DNA of 64,000 nt from a phage. The stretch is taken from the NCBI GenBank assembly GCA_017686895.1, contig GCA_017686895.1_4521.1. One strand, written 5' to 3'. Within the stretch, counting starts at the first letter, position 1. Each line of letters starts with the position of its first letter. Below are positions 47,218 through 56,094 of the stretch, in pieces. The notes beneath the pieces were generated by a model. That model saw only the letters and a program-made list of their open reading frames with translations. It searched no databases and had not been told where the DNA came from. Made by a program: the position numbers and the translations under genes.

Positions 47218-48903
47218 ATGAAAAAAGCTGTTATTCTTGGTGCTGGACTGGCAACTCGTTTGTATCCAATAACGCACCATATTCCTAAGGTGCTTGTTAA
47301 CTATAAACAAGACACTATTCTGAGCAATTTGTATACAATTTATTCTGACCTTGGTGCAGATGAAATTATTGTAGTAGTTCATTCAAAATTTGTTGAAACT
47401 GTTCGAGCTTATTGTGAGCAAGAAGGGTTCAATGTGACTATTCGTACAGTTGATGAAGCGTATGGTTCTGCTTATGCTCTTGCTAAATTATACAAAGATT
47501 TAGATGGCCATAACGTAATTGTTAACTGGTGTGATATTATTCCTGATTTTGGTTCATGGTCTTGGAATGTTAACGCAATCTATGTTAAGGGTGATGAATG
47601 TCGATATAATTTCGATGGTGAAAATATCACTAACGTAGGTTCAACAGGCGGTAATGTTGTAGGAATTTATCAGTTCAAAGACTGGGAATTCTATATGGGT
47701 TCTACTGATGAGGAAATTCATGAATACTGCAAAGGGCGTGATTTCGTAGAATTCCTTTACGGCAGTGCATTCAATAAATCAGAGCTTATGAATCTAATTG
47801 ATTTAGGTGATATGCCTAAACTTGAAAAAGCTCATGAAGTTCGTGAACTTAATCGTAGTTTTAATGCAGTTGAAATTGGTGAAGAAACTGTAACTAAATT
47901 CGCATTAACCGAACAGGGACGAGCTCTTCAGAAAGATGAGATTTCGTGGTATCTTAAAGTGAAATCAGATTCAGTTCCTCAGTTAGTTTCTGTTAATGAA
48001 AATAACTTTGAAATGGAACGCATTAAAGGTAAGCCAGCATTTGAATATATTAAATCCAAATCAAGTCTTGCTCGTCCACAAATTGTTGATGCAATTTTAG
48101 ATGCACTGAAATTCAGCACAGACACTTATTTTGTAAGTCCTGAAACTGTTCGTCGTGATTTCACTAAAGAATTCTATACGAAAGTTATTGATCGTTGTGA
48201 AAGCATTCAACCATTGATTGATTCATTTGGTAAAATCACACATGTGAACTACACTAAGATTGGACGTCTGAAGCCAATGCTGAAACAAGCTTTAGAACAC
48301 CTTATTCGTTATCATAACCGTTCTCAGGGACAGTACTCTGTTATTCATGGTGACCCGAACTTCAGTAATACTATGATTACTGATAACGGCGAAGTCAAGT
48401 TTATCGACCCTCGTGGATATTTTGGCGAAACCAAGATTTACGGGCCAAAATTGTACGATGAAGCTAAAGTGCTTTATGCTGTTTCAGGTTATGATGAATT
48501 CAATGCTAATCCGACCTGGGGACAGTTTACTATTGATGAAACAACTTGTAATGTGACTATTAACATCAATCCATTAATTTACAAATATGGAAAGATGAGT
48601 TCGTTTAACGAGTATCATCATTTGGCGGTGGCAATTATCTGGATTGCATTAGGTGGTTATTTCAAGAATAATCCACTTAAAGCGGTAGCCGCATATTATA
48701 AAGGTATGGAACTTCTGACTAAGCAATTACGCAACATGGGCCGTGTACTTCAAGACGGCTCTATTAGTTATGACGTAGCAGAACCTGTAACGGCTACTCT
48801 GATTACAAAAAATCCTGGTAAATGGGTACTAACTGATAAAGAAACTGGTGTTTCCTATCGTCCAATCGGTGGCGATATCACTCATCAATGGGAACGAATC
48901 TAA
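47218..48903 (+). CDS. bifunctional sugar-phosphate nucleotidyltransferase / APH-ChoK-fold kinase
   Basis: N-terminal AVILGAGLATRLYPITHHIPKVLV (sugar nucleotidyltransferase G-x-G-x-R-L-x-P-x-T motif); C-terminal VIHGDPNFSNTMI and FIDPRGYFG (aminoglycoside/choline kinase Brenner and DxE-like motifs). Confidence 0.75.
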   Translation: MKKAVILGAGLATRLYPITHHIPKVLVNYKQDTILSNLYTIYSDLGADEIIVVVHSKFVETVRAYCEQEGFNVTIRTVDEAYGSAYALAKLYKDLDGHNVIVNWCDIIPDFGSWSWNVNAIYVKGDECRYNFDGENITNVGSTGGNVVGIYQFKDWEFYMGSTDEEIHEYCKGRDFVEFLYGSAFNKSELMNLIDLGDMPKLEKAHEVRELNRSFNAVEIGEETVTKFALTEQGRALQKDEISWYLKVKSDSVPQLVSVNENNFEMERIKGKPAFEYIKSKSSLARPQIVDAILDALKFSTDTYFVSPETVRRDFTKEFYTKVIDRCESIQPLIDSFGKITHVNYTKIGRLKPMLKQALEHLIRYHNRSQGQYSVIHGDPNFSNTMITDNGEVKFIDPRGYFGETKIYGPKLYDEAKVLYAVSGYDEFNANPTWGQFTIDETTCNVTININPLIYKYGKMSSFNEYHHLAVAIIWIALGGYFKNNPLKAVAAYYKGMELLTKQLRNMGRVLQDGSISYDVAEPVTATLITKNPGKWVLTDKETGVSYRPIGGDITHQWERI

Positions 48904-49289
48904 TGCACCGTGTAGAAAACATGCTTAATCTTTGTTTTGATGTCGATGATTGTATAACAGAGTGGAATAACAATCGTGATTACGTGAACTTCAAACCAGA
49001 CGTCGAAATGGTGTCTGCCATTAATGCCCTGTATGATGCAGGGCATACCATAACGCTTTACACTGCTCGTGGTATGAAGTCAGTAGGTCCTGGTCGTATA
49101 GCAATTGACATTCTCCCAAGTCTGATTCAGAACTTGGCAAACATTGGCTTGAAGTACCATAATTTGCTAACACATAAACCAGTATATGATTGGATTATCG
49201 ACGACAAAGCTATGCGTCCTGACGAATTCAAAGCTCTTATGAATAAAGGCGAATTCGAAACATTTAAATCATATAAACCGAATCTATAA
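48903..49289 (+). CDS. HAD-superfamily phosphatase
   Basis: Motif I FDVDDCIT (DxDxT), motif III-like K-x-DWIIDDK; TAATG overlap with upstream gene. Confidence 0.65.
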   Translation: MHRVENMLNLCFDVDDCITEWNNNRDYVNFKPDVEMVSAINALYDAGHTITLYTARGMKSVGPGRIAIDILPSLIQNLANIGLKYHNLLTHKPVYDWIIDDKAMRPDEFKALMNKGEFETFKSYKPNL

Positions 49290-49335
49290 TAATTTAAGTA
49301 AGACCTGCAAAAACCATCGCATCAATTAACGCGAG

Positions 49336-50505
49336 ATGCAAAAAATGAATACTTTTAAAATCGGAACGAATTTTGATTTAGCTCTTCTTGATAAAATCGT
49401 AGAGCTCAATAAAACCTATCCTAATAGCTTGATAAACGAAGTATATGGCTCTACAAGAGAAATGGCTTTTGTAGCAGCCAGACCTGATTTTAGGCTTCCT
49501 GACGTTGACAAAAAGATGTTAGAAGATTACGTTAAACGTTGTAACGAATTAGGTATTTGCTTTAACTATACACTCAACACGATAAATCCTGGTTCAAAAA
49601 GAGAACTAGTTGAGTGGAAGAAGAAAGCTATTCAGGATTATGTTCAGTATCTTTGGTCAATAGGCGTATGGCGTATTACTATCGCTAACCCTGTTGTTAT
49701 GGAAATTGTTCGTGAAGTCAATAAAGATATTGAGATTGAAGTTTCAACAATTCTACATGTCGATGCGGTAACTCAAATCAAATACTTACATGACCAATAT
49801 AACATCAAAAAGGTCTGTTGCGGAATTCATAAGAACCGTTCAGTTTCTTTCCTGAAGCGTGCAGCAGAGTTTTGCAATAAGAACAATATAATATTTGAAG
49901 TTCTTGTAAATGAGTTCTGTTCTAATGCTGGTAAAGGGTATACAACACATTGTAGTTATCGTGACTCTTGCTATATTTTCCATAGTACTGATGTTACAGC
50001 TGATGATGCTAAATCCTTAAATGGATATCCAATGCAACACTGCATTAAAGCTCGTGATACAGACCCATTTAACTGGTTGAGAACTCGTTTTGTTCGTCCT
50101 CAAGATTTGAAACTTTATAATGATATTGGTATCACTCAATTCAAAGTTTCAGGACGTACAGGTAGCACAGACTACATTTTGAAAGTTCTTGAAGCATACG
50201 CTTCTGAAAAGTTTGAAGGTAATTTGTTAGAACTGTGGAAGCCTTTAGAGACTATTTTCACTCTTGAAAATGAGACTGAGTTTTCACATACAGTAAATAT
50301 TGAAACCTCTTTGTTAGATGGCTTTTTAGAAAAAAGGTGGTTCAGACATCCAGATTTTGATTGTGCTAATGAAATCTGTGGGTCAACGTGTACATATTGT
50401 GAAAGGTATTATAAACGTCAATTATCTAAAAACGGGTTAGCAGAAAACTCCATATCTATTATTGATATAACTAACTCTGATGACGCTTTGAGGTACCCGG
50501 AATGA
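49336..50505 (+). CDS. Cys-rich protein with peptidase-U32-like features (tentative)
   Basis: EVLVNEFCSNAGKGYTTHCSYRDSC resembles the U32 signature region; many cysteines including C-terminal CGSTCTYC (Cx3Cx2C); family not confirmed. Confidence 0.3.
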   Translation: MQKMNTFKIGTNFDLALLDKIVELNKTYPNSLINEVYGSTREMAFVAARPDFRLPDVDKKMLEDYVKRCNELGICFNYTLNTINPGSKRELVEWKKKAIQDYVQYLWSIGVWRITIANPVVMEIVREVNKDIEIEVSTILHVDAVTQIKYLHDQYNIKKVCCGIHKNRSVSFLKRAAEFCNKNNIIFEVLVNEFCSNAGKGYTTHCSYRDSCYIFHSTDVTADDAKSLNGYPMQHCIKARDTDPFNWLRTRFVRPQDLKLYNDIGITQFKVSGRTGSTDYILKVLEAYASEKFEGNLLELWKPLETIFTLENETEFSHTVNIETSLLDGFLEKRWFRHPDFDCANEICGSTCTYCERYYKRQLSKNGLAENSISIIDITNSDDALRYPE

Positions 50506-50741
50506 TTTCTAGAAAAAGTTTTAATTATAAACTTAACGAAGAGATTTTGACTATGAAACTGAACACTAACGAACAAATTCTTAAAAAGGCCCTTATGGGC
50601 CTGTTTGAAACCAAAGCGGCTAAAGTGATTAAAGAACCTGTTCAATTGGAATACTACACTGATGCATTCCTTCATAGTGTTCTTGGAAGTATAGATTCTG
50701 AAGCTTTACGTTATATCAACATTGTCAAGAAATTCAAATAA
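50502..50741 (+). CDS. hypothetical protein
   Basis: 79-aa ORF, ATGA overlap. Confidence 0.4.
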   Translation: MISRKSFNYKLNEEILTMKLNTNEQILKKALMGLFETKAAKVIKEPVQLEYYTDAFLHSVLGSIDSEALRYINIVKKFK

Positions 50742-50764
50742 GCTTTATGAATTGAGTATATAAT
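50742..50764 (+). promoter_or_regulatory. candidate middle promoter (approximate coordinates)
   Basis: GCTTTA box, 11 bp, TATAAT, about 20 bp upstream of ATG 50784. Confidence 0.4.
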
Positions 50765-50783
50765 AAATTGTATTGAGGTAAAT

Positions 50784-51500
50784 ATGGGAAAACATAACAC
50801 AATGAAATATATCAAAGCCGCAGATTTTCAAACCGCATTTAAAGCAGTCAATCGTGAAATTTTAGAAAACCCCGAATTCGTAACTGATTCTCGTATTGGA
50901 CGTTGTAATGAAATTGGGTCTATGACAGTAGTTGTTGACACTCCATCATCATTCAAAATGACCGACCCACGTATTAACCGCATCTCTTATGAATATGCCG
51001 AAGACTTCTGGAAGTTTATGATTTCTGGTGGTACCAACGCAGAAGAAGCGTTTAAGGCATATCCTAATGTCGCTAAATTTATTTCTAAACCAAAATCAGA
51101 TGTTTTGCCGGCGAACTTCAACACTTTCTATGGTCCTCGCATTGCGGCCCAATTACCAACTCTTCTAAAAGAACTTAAAGAAAAACCTAACTCTCGAAGA
51201 GTTGTGTTCCAAATTCTAGAAAGTTCTGATCAGGCTTTGCTTGATTCGGACGAAACACTTGAATATCCATGTACTGACTCAGTAACTTATTATATTCGTG
51301 ATGGTAAGCTTTATACCCACTGTCATATGCGTTCTCAGAACTGTGCTGTTGTTATGCAGTTGGATTTTTATCTCCAAGGAAAATTACTTCATTATATCGC
51401 TAACGAATGCGGTGTAGAAGTTGGTGATTATACTCATACCATGGTAAGTGCCCATGTGTTTGAACGTGATTTTGATTATGTTAAAGGATTCCTTGACTAA
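50784..51500 (+). CDS. 42: thymidylate-synthase-fold pyrimidine hydroxymethylase (dCMP hydroxymethylase-like, divergent)
   Basis: PNSRRVVFQI, catalytic-Cys region YPCTDSVTYYIRDGKLYTHCHMRSQN and VSAHVFERDF align to the PDSRRGIMIY / MCTNTVQYLIRD..NMRSND / GSLHVYSRHF blocks of T4 gp42 as I recall them. Confidence 0.65.
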   Translation: MGKHNTMKYIKAADFQTAFKAVNREILENPEFVTDSRIGRCNEIGSMTVVVDTPSSFKMTDPRINRISYEYAEDFWKFMISGGTNAEEAFKAYPNVAKFISKPKSDVLPANFNTFYGPRIAAQLPTLLKELKEKPNSRRVVFQILESSDQALLDSDETLEYPCTDSVTYYIRDGKLYTHCHMRSQNCAVVMQLDFYLQGKLLHYIANECGVEVGDYTHTMVSAHVFERDFDYVKGFLD

Positions 51501-52399
51501 TGGCTATTTTCCGCGTACCAATCTTGAGTATGCGGTCTTATGAAACTGGACAGTATGCTATCCTTAAGGATGGCAACTTCCAACTTCATTTGCACCGTGC
51601 TAATCCAGGTGATGTGATTACATATCCACGTAATGCATCTGATATTAAAGAATGCGAACGTCTTTTCCCAGAATTTAAGTTTGTTCCATTATGGTATAAA
51701 GATAACGCGTATAACACTCGTAAATATTTCTGGTCTGAAAATGAATTTGTGGTTGATTCATTAATTGCTTATTATGATTGTGATTTTCTAATCACAGATA
51801 TCACCGGATATGACGGCGCTTTTGATGTGGAATTCAATTTCAATATCACTGCAGACCCTAATAAACCACGTTTTTATATTGACGAATTCTTAAAAACTGA
51901 TATGTTGTCGGTTAATCGTTCACTTCAAACTACTGTGTTGAATGAACGTCAAAAAGAAGTGCTGGTTAACGCAGGTGCAGATGGTAATAAGATTATCGTA
52001 ACGCAGAAAGTTATACGTCCTTCCATCATGCAGCGTCTTGTAGGTGATTTGGCTCCTATTCATCTAGATGGTATTTTTCATCCATTTCGAATTAGTGACC
52101 CGTGCTATCGTTTTGAACAAGTGGTTGAATGTGCAATTCAATTAGGCCAACCGCTTTATATAACCGATCCAAATAATAGCTTCGACAGAAATAAGTATCC
52201 TGAAGAAGCATTGATTCGAATTTTTAAACCAACTAAAACTGAGTACTATCAAATTCTTAAAGGACGTCCGAAGATTCAATATTTCGAAAATCCTGAAGAA
52301 GTATTCCATCCAGGTCTTGGTGAGTTCATCTACTTTAATGCTTTAATTTCTTCGCCGTATAATATACCTAAATATGAAGATGTCGTAATCGAGGAATAA
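51500..52399 (+). CDS. hypothetical protein at the beta-gt position
   Basis: 299-aa ORF with no recognised motif; TAATG overlap with hydroxymethylase; occupies the slot of T4 beta-glucosyltransferase. Confidence 0.3.
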   Translation: MAIFRVPILSMRSYETGQYAILKDGNFQLHLHRANPGDVITYPRNASDIKECERLFPEFKFVPLWYKDNAYNTRKYFWSENEFVVDSLIAYYDCDFLITDITGYDGAFDVEFNFNITADPNKPRFYIDEFLKTDMLSVNRSLQTTVLNERQKEVLVNAGADGNKIIVTQKVIRPSIMQRLVGDLAPIHLDGIFHPFRISDPCYRFEQVVECAIQLGQPLYITDPNNSFDRNKYPEEALIRIFKPTKTEYYQILKGRPKIQYFENPEEVFHPGLGEFIYFNALISSPYNIPKYEDVVIEE

Positions 52400-52400
52400 A

Positions 52401-52949
52401 ATGGCTAAAATTATTTTAGTAGATGGCCCGGATAATGCTGGTAAAACAACTTTCATTAATGACATAATGGAAATTAGTGAAAGATATGTAAAGATTGATT
52501 TCCCTAAACGAACAGTTGATGGACGTTTCGATGTTAAGTCTCGAAATGAAGTTGGCTGTTTCGAAACTATGTTGAATTATTTAGACCCTACTAAGATTTA
52601 TCTATTAGACCGTGGATATATTAGTAACTGGGTTTATGGACGTATTCGACAAGATGCGGACTCGGTTCTTGACGTTTATGAACAGGATTATGTTCGTCTT
52701 TGCCAAAACCATGATGTGTTCACAATTATTTTAACACGTAACGAAATGACTGAAAGTTTTGAAGACGACCTTATTACTTTGTCTTCATTCGGTTTTAATA
52801 CAGTAATTTCACATTTTGAAGAGTTTGCAATTCATAACGAAATCCAAACGTATCAATTACTTAATCATGATGGTGCTAACAAAGTTATAGGATTTAATGC
52901 AAGCGAACGTAATAATTTGATTACAGAAATCATCAAATGGGCTCGTTAA
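52401..52949 (+). CDS. thymidylate-kinase-like P-loop nucleotide kinase
   Basis: Walker A ILVDGPDNAGKTT and DRGYISNWVYG (Tmk DR-Y-like motif). Confidence 0.6.
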   Translation: MAKIILVDGPDNAGKTTFINDIMEISERYVKIDFPKRTVDGRFDVKSRNEVGCFETMLNYLDPTKIYLLDRGYISNWVYGRIRQDADSVLDVYEQDYVRLCQNHDVFTIILTRNEMTESFEDDLITLSSFGFNTVISHFEEFAIHNEIQTYQLLNHDGANKVIGFNASERNNLITEIIKWAR

Positions 52950-53047
52950 GAGCCATTTAAAGTTTTAAATGCTGTATAACCCTTAGTATATAATCATCTT
53001 ATCTTTTAAACATGAGTAAAATATAATGATGCCTATGGAAAAATACA

Positions 53048-54220
53048 ATGTCTGATTTAAAATCTCGTCTGATTAAAGCTTCTACTTCTAAAATGACTGC
53101 AGACTTGACTAAGTCTAAGCTGTTTAATAATCGTGATGAAGTCCCTACTCGTATTCCAATGTTGAATATTGCACTAGGTGGTGCACTGAATGCAGGGTTG
53201 CAATCAGGCTTAACTATTTTTGCTGCTCCTTCTAAACATTTTAAAACGTTGTTTGGGCTGACCATGGTTGCAGCATATATGAAGAAATATAAAGATGCAA
53301 TCTGTTTGTTTTATGACTCAGAATTCGGTGCTTCAGAATCTTACTTCCGTTCGATGGGTGTTGATTTAGACCGTGTAGTTCATACTCCGATTCAATCCGT
53401 CGAACAACTTAAAGTTGATATGACTAATCAGCTTGACGCGATTGAACGCGGCGATAAAGTTATTATCTTTATCGATTCAATCGGTAATACTGCATCTAAG
53501 AAAGAAACCGAAGATGCGTTGAACGAGAAAGTTGTAGGTGATATGTCTCGTGCTAAGGCACTTAAATCTCTTTTCCGTATTGTGACTCCTTATCTGACTA
53601 TTAAAGATATTCCGTGTGTTGCAATTAACCATACTGCAATGGAAATTGGCGGATTGTATCCTAAAGAGATTATGGGCGGTGGTACAGGTATTCTTTATTC
53701 CGCCAACACGGTATTTTTTATCTCTAAACGTCAGGTTAAAGAAGGTACAGAATTGACCGGTTATGACTTCACGTTGAAAGCAGAAAAATCTCGTACAGTT
53801 AAAGAGAAATCTACTTTCCCGATCACGGTTAATTTCGACGGTGGTATCGACCCATTCAGTGGCTTGTTAGAAATGGCAACTGAAATCGGTTTTGTGGTTA
53901 AGCCTAAAGCTGGTTGGTATGCTCGCGAATTCCTTGACGAAGAAACAGGTGAAATGATTCGTGAAGAAAAATCATGGCGTGCTAAAGCTACTGATTGTGT
54001 AGAATTCTGGGGACCTTTGTTTAAACATAAGCCTTTCCGTGACGCAATTGAAACTAAATATAAACTAGGTGCTATCTCTTCTATTAAAGAAGTTGATGAC
54101 GCTGTTAACGACCTTATTAATTGCAAAGCAACAACTAAAGTTCCGGTTAAAACTTCTAATGCTCCGTCTGCAGCAGATATAGAAAACGACCTTGACGAAA
54201 TGGAAGATTTCGATGAATAA
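53048..54220 (+). CDS. uvsX: RecA-like recombinase UvsX
   Basis: MSDLKSRLIKASTSKMTADLTKSKLFNN ... Walker A and L1/L2 regions; 390 aa, colinear with T4 UvsX. Confidence 0.97.
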   Translation: MSDLKSRLIKASTSKMTADLTKSKLFNNRDEVPTRIPMLNIALGGALNAGLQSGLTIFAAPSKHFKTLFGLTMVAAYMKKYKDAICLFYDSEFGASESYFRSMGVDLDRVVHTPIQSVEQLKVDMTNQLDAIERGDKVIIFIDSIGNTASKKETEDALNEKVVGDMSRAKALKSLFRIVTPYLTIKDIPCVAINHTAMEIGGLYPKEIMGGGTGILYSANTVFFISKRQVKEGTELTGYDFTLKAEKSRTVKEKSTFPITVNFDGGIDPFSGLLEMATEIGFVVKPKAGWYAREFLDEETGEMIREEKSWRAKATDCVEFWGPLFKHKPFRDAIETKYKLGAISSIKEVDDAVNDLINCKATTKVPVKTSNAPSAADIENDLDEMEDFDE

Positions 54221-54554
54221 TCTCGATGATTTAAATCTAGAAATCGTTGATGAATCCCCTTCTTCGGAAGGGGAGGACATTCGCAAAGAACGAGTGTTTA
54301 ATGAATCTCTTAAAATTATCCGTTCAGCAATGGAAAATGTCATTCAAGAGATTCTGATTACACTTGAAGACGGTTCCCATCATATAGTCTATATTACAAA
54401 ACTAGACTGGGTTGATGGTAAAATCGTAATGGACTTTGCAGTTCTTGACCAGGACAGAAAAGCAGAACTTGCACCACACGTTGAAAAATGTGTTACAATG
54501 CAAGTACAACAAGCTTTTAATGAACGAACCAAGAAAAAATTTAAATTCTTTTAA
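54213..54554 (+). CDS. 40: head vertex assembly chaperone gp40 (by synteny)
   Basis: ATG 54213 overlapping uvsX end; lies between uvsX and 41 as in T4. Confidence 0.7.
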   Translation: MNNLDDLNLEIVDESPSSEGEDIRKERVFNESLKIIRSAMENVIQEILITLEDGSHHIVYITKLDWVDGKIVMDFAVLDQDRKAELAPHVEKCVTMQVQQAFNERTKKKFKFF

Positions 54555-54563
54555 GGAGTTATC

Positions 54564-56006
54564 GTGGTAGAAATTATTTTGTCTCATCTAGTATACGACC
54601 AGGCTTATTTTTCTAAGGTCTGGCCTTATATGGATTCTGACTATTTTGAGCGTGGACCGGCAAAAAATGTCTTTAAAATTATAAAGAGCCACGTTAACGA
54701 ATATAATGCAATGCCATCTATCAATGCGTTAAAGGTGGCTTTAGATAACAGTTCTTTAACTGAAGCCGAATATAAAGGAACTTCAGACCTAATTGAAAAA
54801 TTGGCTGATACTCCTGAAGACCATGAATGGTTGGTTAAAGAAACTGAGAAATATATCCAGCAAAAAGCGATGTATAATGCTACATCCAAAATCATTGAGA
54901 TTCAGTCTAATGCTGAACTACCTCCGGAACAACGTAACAAGAAAATGCCTGACGTAGGAGCTATTCCTGATATTATGCGTCAAGCACTTTCAATTTCGTT
55001 CGATAGTTATGTTGGGCATGACTGGATGGAAGACTATGAAGCACGTTGGCTTTCTTATCTAAATAAAGCACGTAAGGTCCCGTTCAAATTAAACATTTTG
55101 AATAAAATCACCAAAGGCGGCGCAGAAACAGGTACACTAAACGTTTTAATGGCTGGTGTTAACGTCGGTAAATCTTTAGGCCTTTGTTCACTTGCTGCAG
55201 ATTATCTTCAAACAGGTCATAATGTTCTTTATATTTCCATGGAAATGGCTGAAGAAGTTTGTGCTAAGCGTATAGATGCAAACATGCTTGACGTATCACT
55301 CGATGATATCGATGATGGTAACATATCTTATGCTGAATATAAAGCCAAGATGGAAAAATGGCGTTCAAAAACAACATTAGGACGTTTAGTAGTTAAACAG
55401 TATCCTACTGGCGGAGCTAATGCTAATACATTCCGTGCATTGCTTAATGAGTTAAAACTTAAGAAGAACTTTGTGCCATCTGTAATCATGGTTGATTACT
55501 TAGGTATTTGTGGGTCTTGTCGTATCAGAGTTTACACTGAAAATAGCTACACATTAGTTAAAGCTATCGCAGAAGAACTTCGTGCATTAGCAGTAGAATC
55601 TGAAACAGTTCTATGGACTGCAGCTCAAGTAGGACGTGCAGCATGGGATGCTTCAGACATGAACATGAGTGATATCGCAGAATCAGCAGGTTTACCAGCA
55701 ACGGCAGATTTCATGTTGGCTGTAATTGAAACCGAAGAACTTGCACAAGCTGAACAACAACTTATCAAACAAATCAAATCACGATACGGCGATAAGAATA
55801 AGTGGAATAAATTCCTGATGGGTGTACGTAAAGGCAATCAGAAATGGGTTGAGATTGAGCAAGAAGGCATGAACACACCTAACACAGTAAATGAAAACGC
55901 AGGTGCTCAGATGCGTCAGGCAGAGGTGAATCGTACGGAACGCGTAGGTAAAGCCAAAGCAACACGTGCTGACCTAGATAGCTTAGCCAATGAGTTAAAA
56001 TTTTAA
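54564..56006 (+). CDS. 41: replicative DNA helicase gp41
   Basis: GTG start after AAGGAG RBS; VEIILSHLVYDQAYFSKVWPYMDS ... Walker A GVNVGKS; 480 aa. Confidence 0.95.
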   Translation: MVEIILSHLVYDQAYFSKVWPYMDSDYFERGPAKNVFKIIKSHVNEYNAMPSINALKVALDNSSLTEAEYKGTSDLIEKLADTPEDHEWLVKETEKYIQQKAMYNATSKIIEIQSNAELPPEQRNKKMPDVGAIPDIMRQALSISFDSYVGHDWMEDYEARWLSYLNKARKVPFKLNILNKITKGGAETGTLNVLMAGVNVGKSLGLCSLAADYLQTGHNVLYISMEMAEEVCAKRIDANMLDVSLDDIDDGNISYAEYKAKMEKWRSKTTLGRLVVKQYPTGGANANTFRALLNELKLKKNFVPSVIMVDYLGICGSCRIRVYTENSYTLVKAIAEELRALAVESETVLWTAAQVGRAAWDASDMNMSDIAESAGLPATADFMLAVIETEELAQAEQQLIKQIKSRYGDKNKWNKFLMGVRKGNQKWVEIEQEGMNTPNTVNENAGAQMRQAEVNRTERVGKAKATRADLDSLANELKF

Positions 56007-56012
56007 TAAAAA

Positions 56013-56031
56013 GGAGACTTCGGTCTCCTTT
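56013..56031 (+). terminator. intrinsic terminator
   Basis: GGAGAC-TTCG-GTCTCC then TTT. Confidence 0.65.
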
Positions 56032-56035
56032 CGGG

Positions 56036-56065
56036 GTTTACATCTTCCTCTAGGCATGATATGAT
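56036..56065 (+). promoter_or_regulatory. early promoter (approximate coordinates)
   Basis: GTTTAC, 18 bp, TGATATGAT. Confidence 0.5.
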
Positions 56066-56094
56066 GTACTTACACAAACCAAGAGGAAAACATT

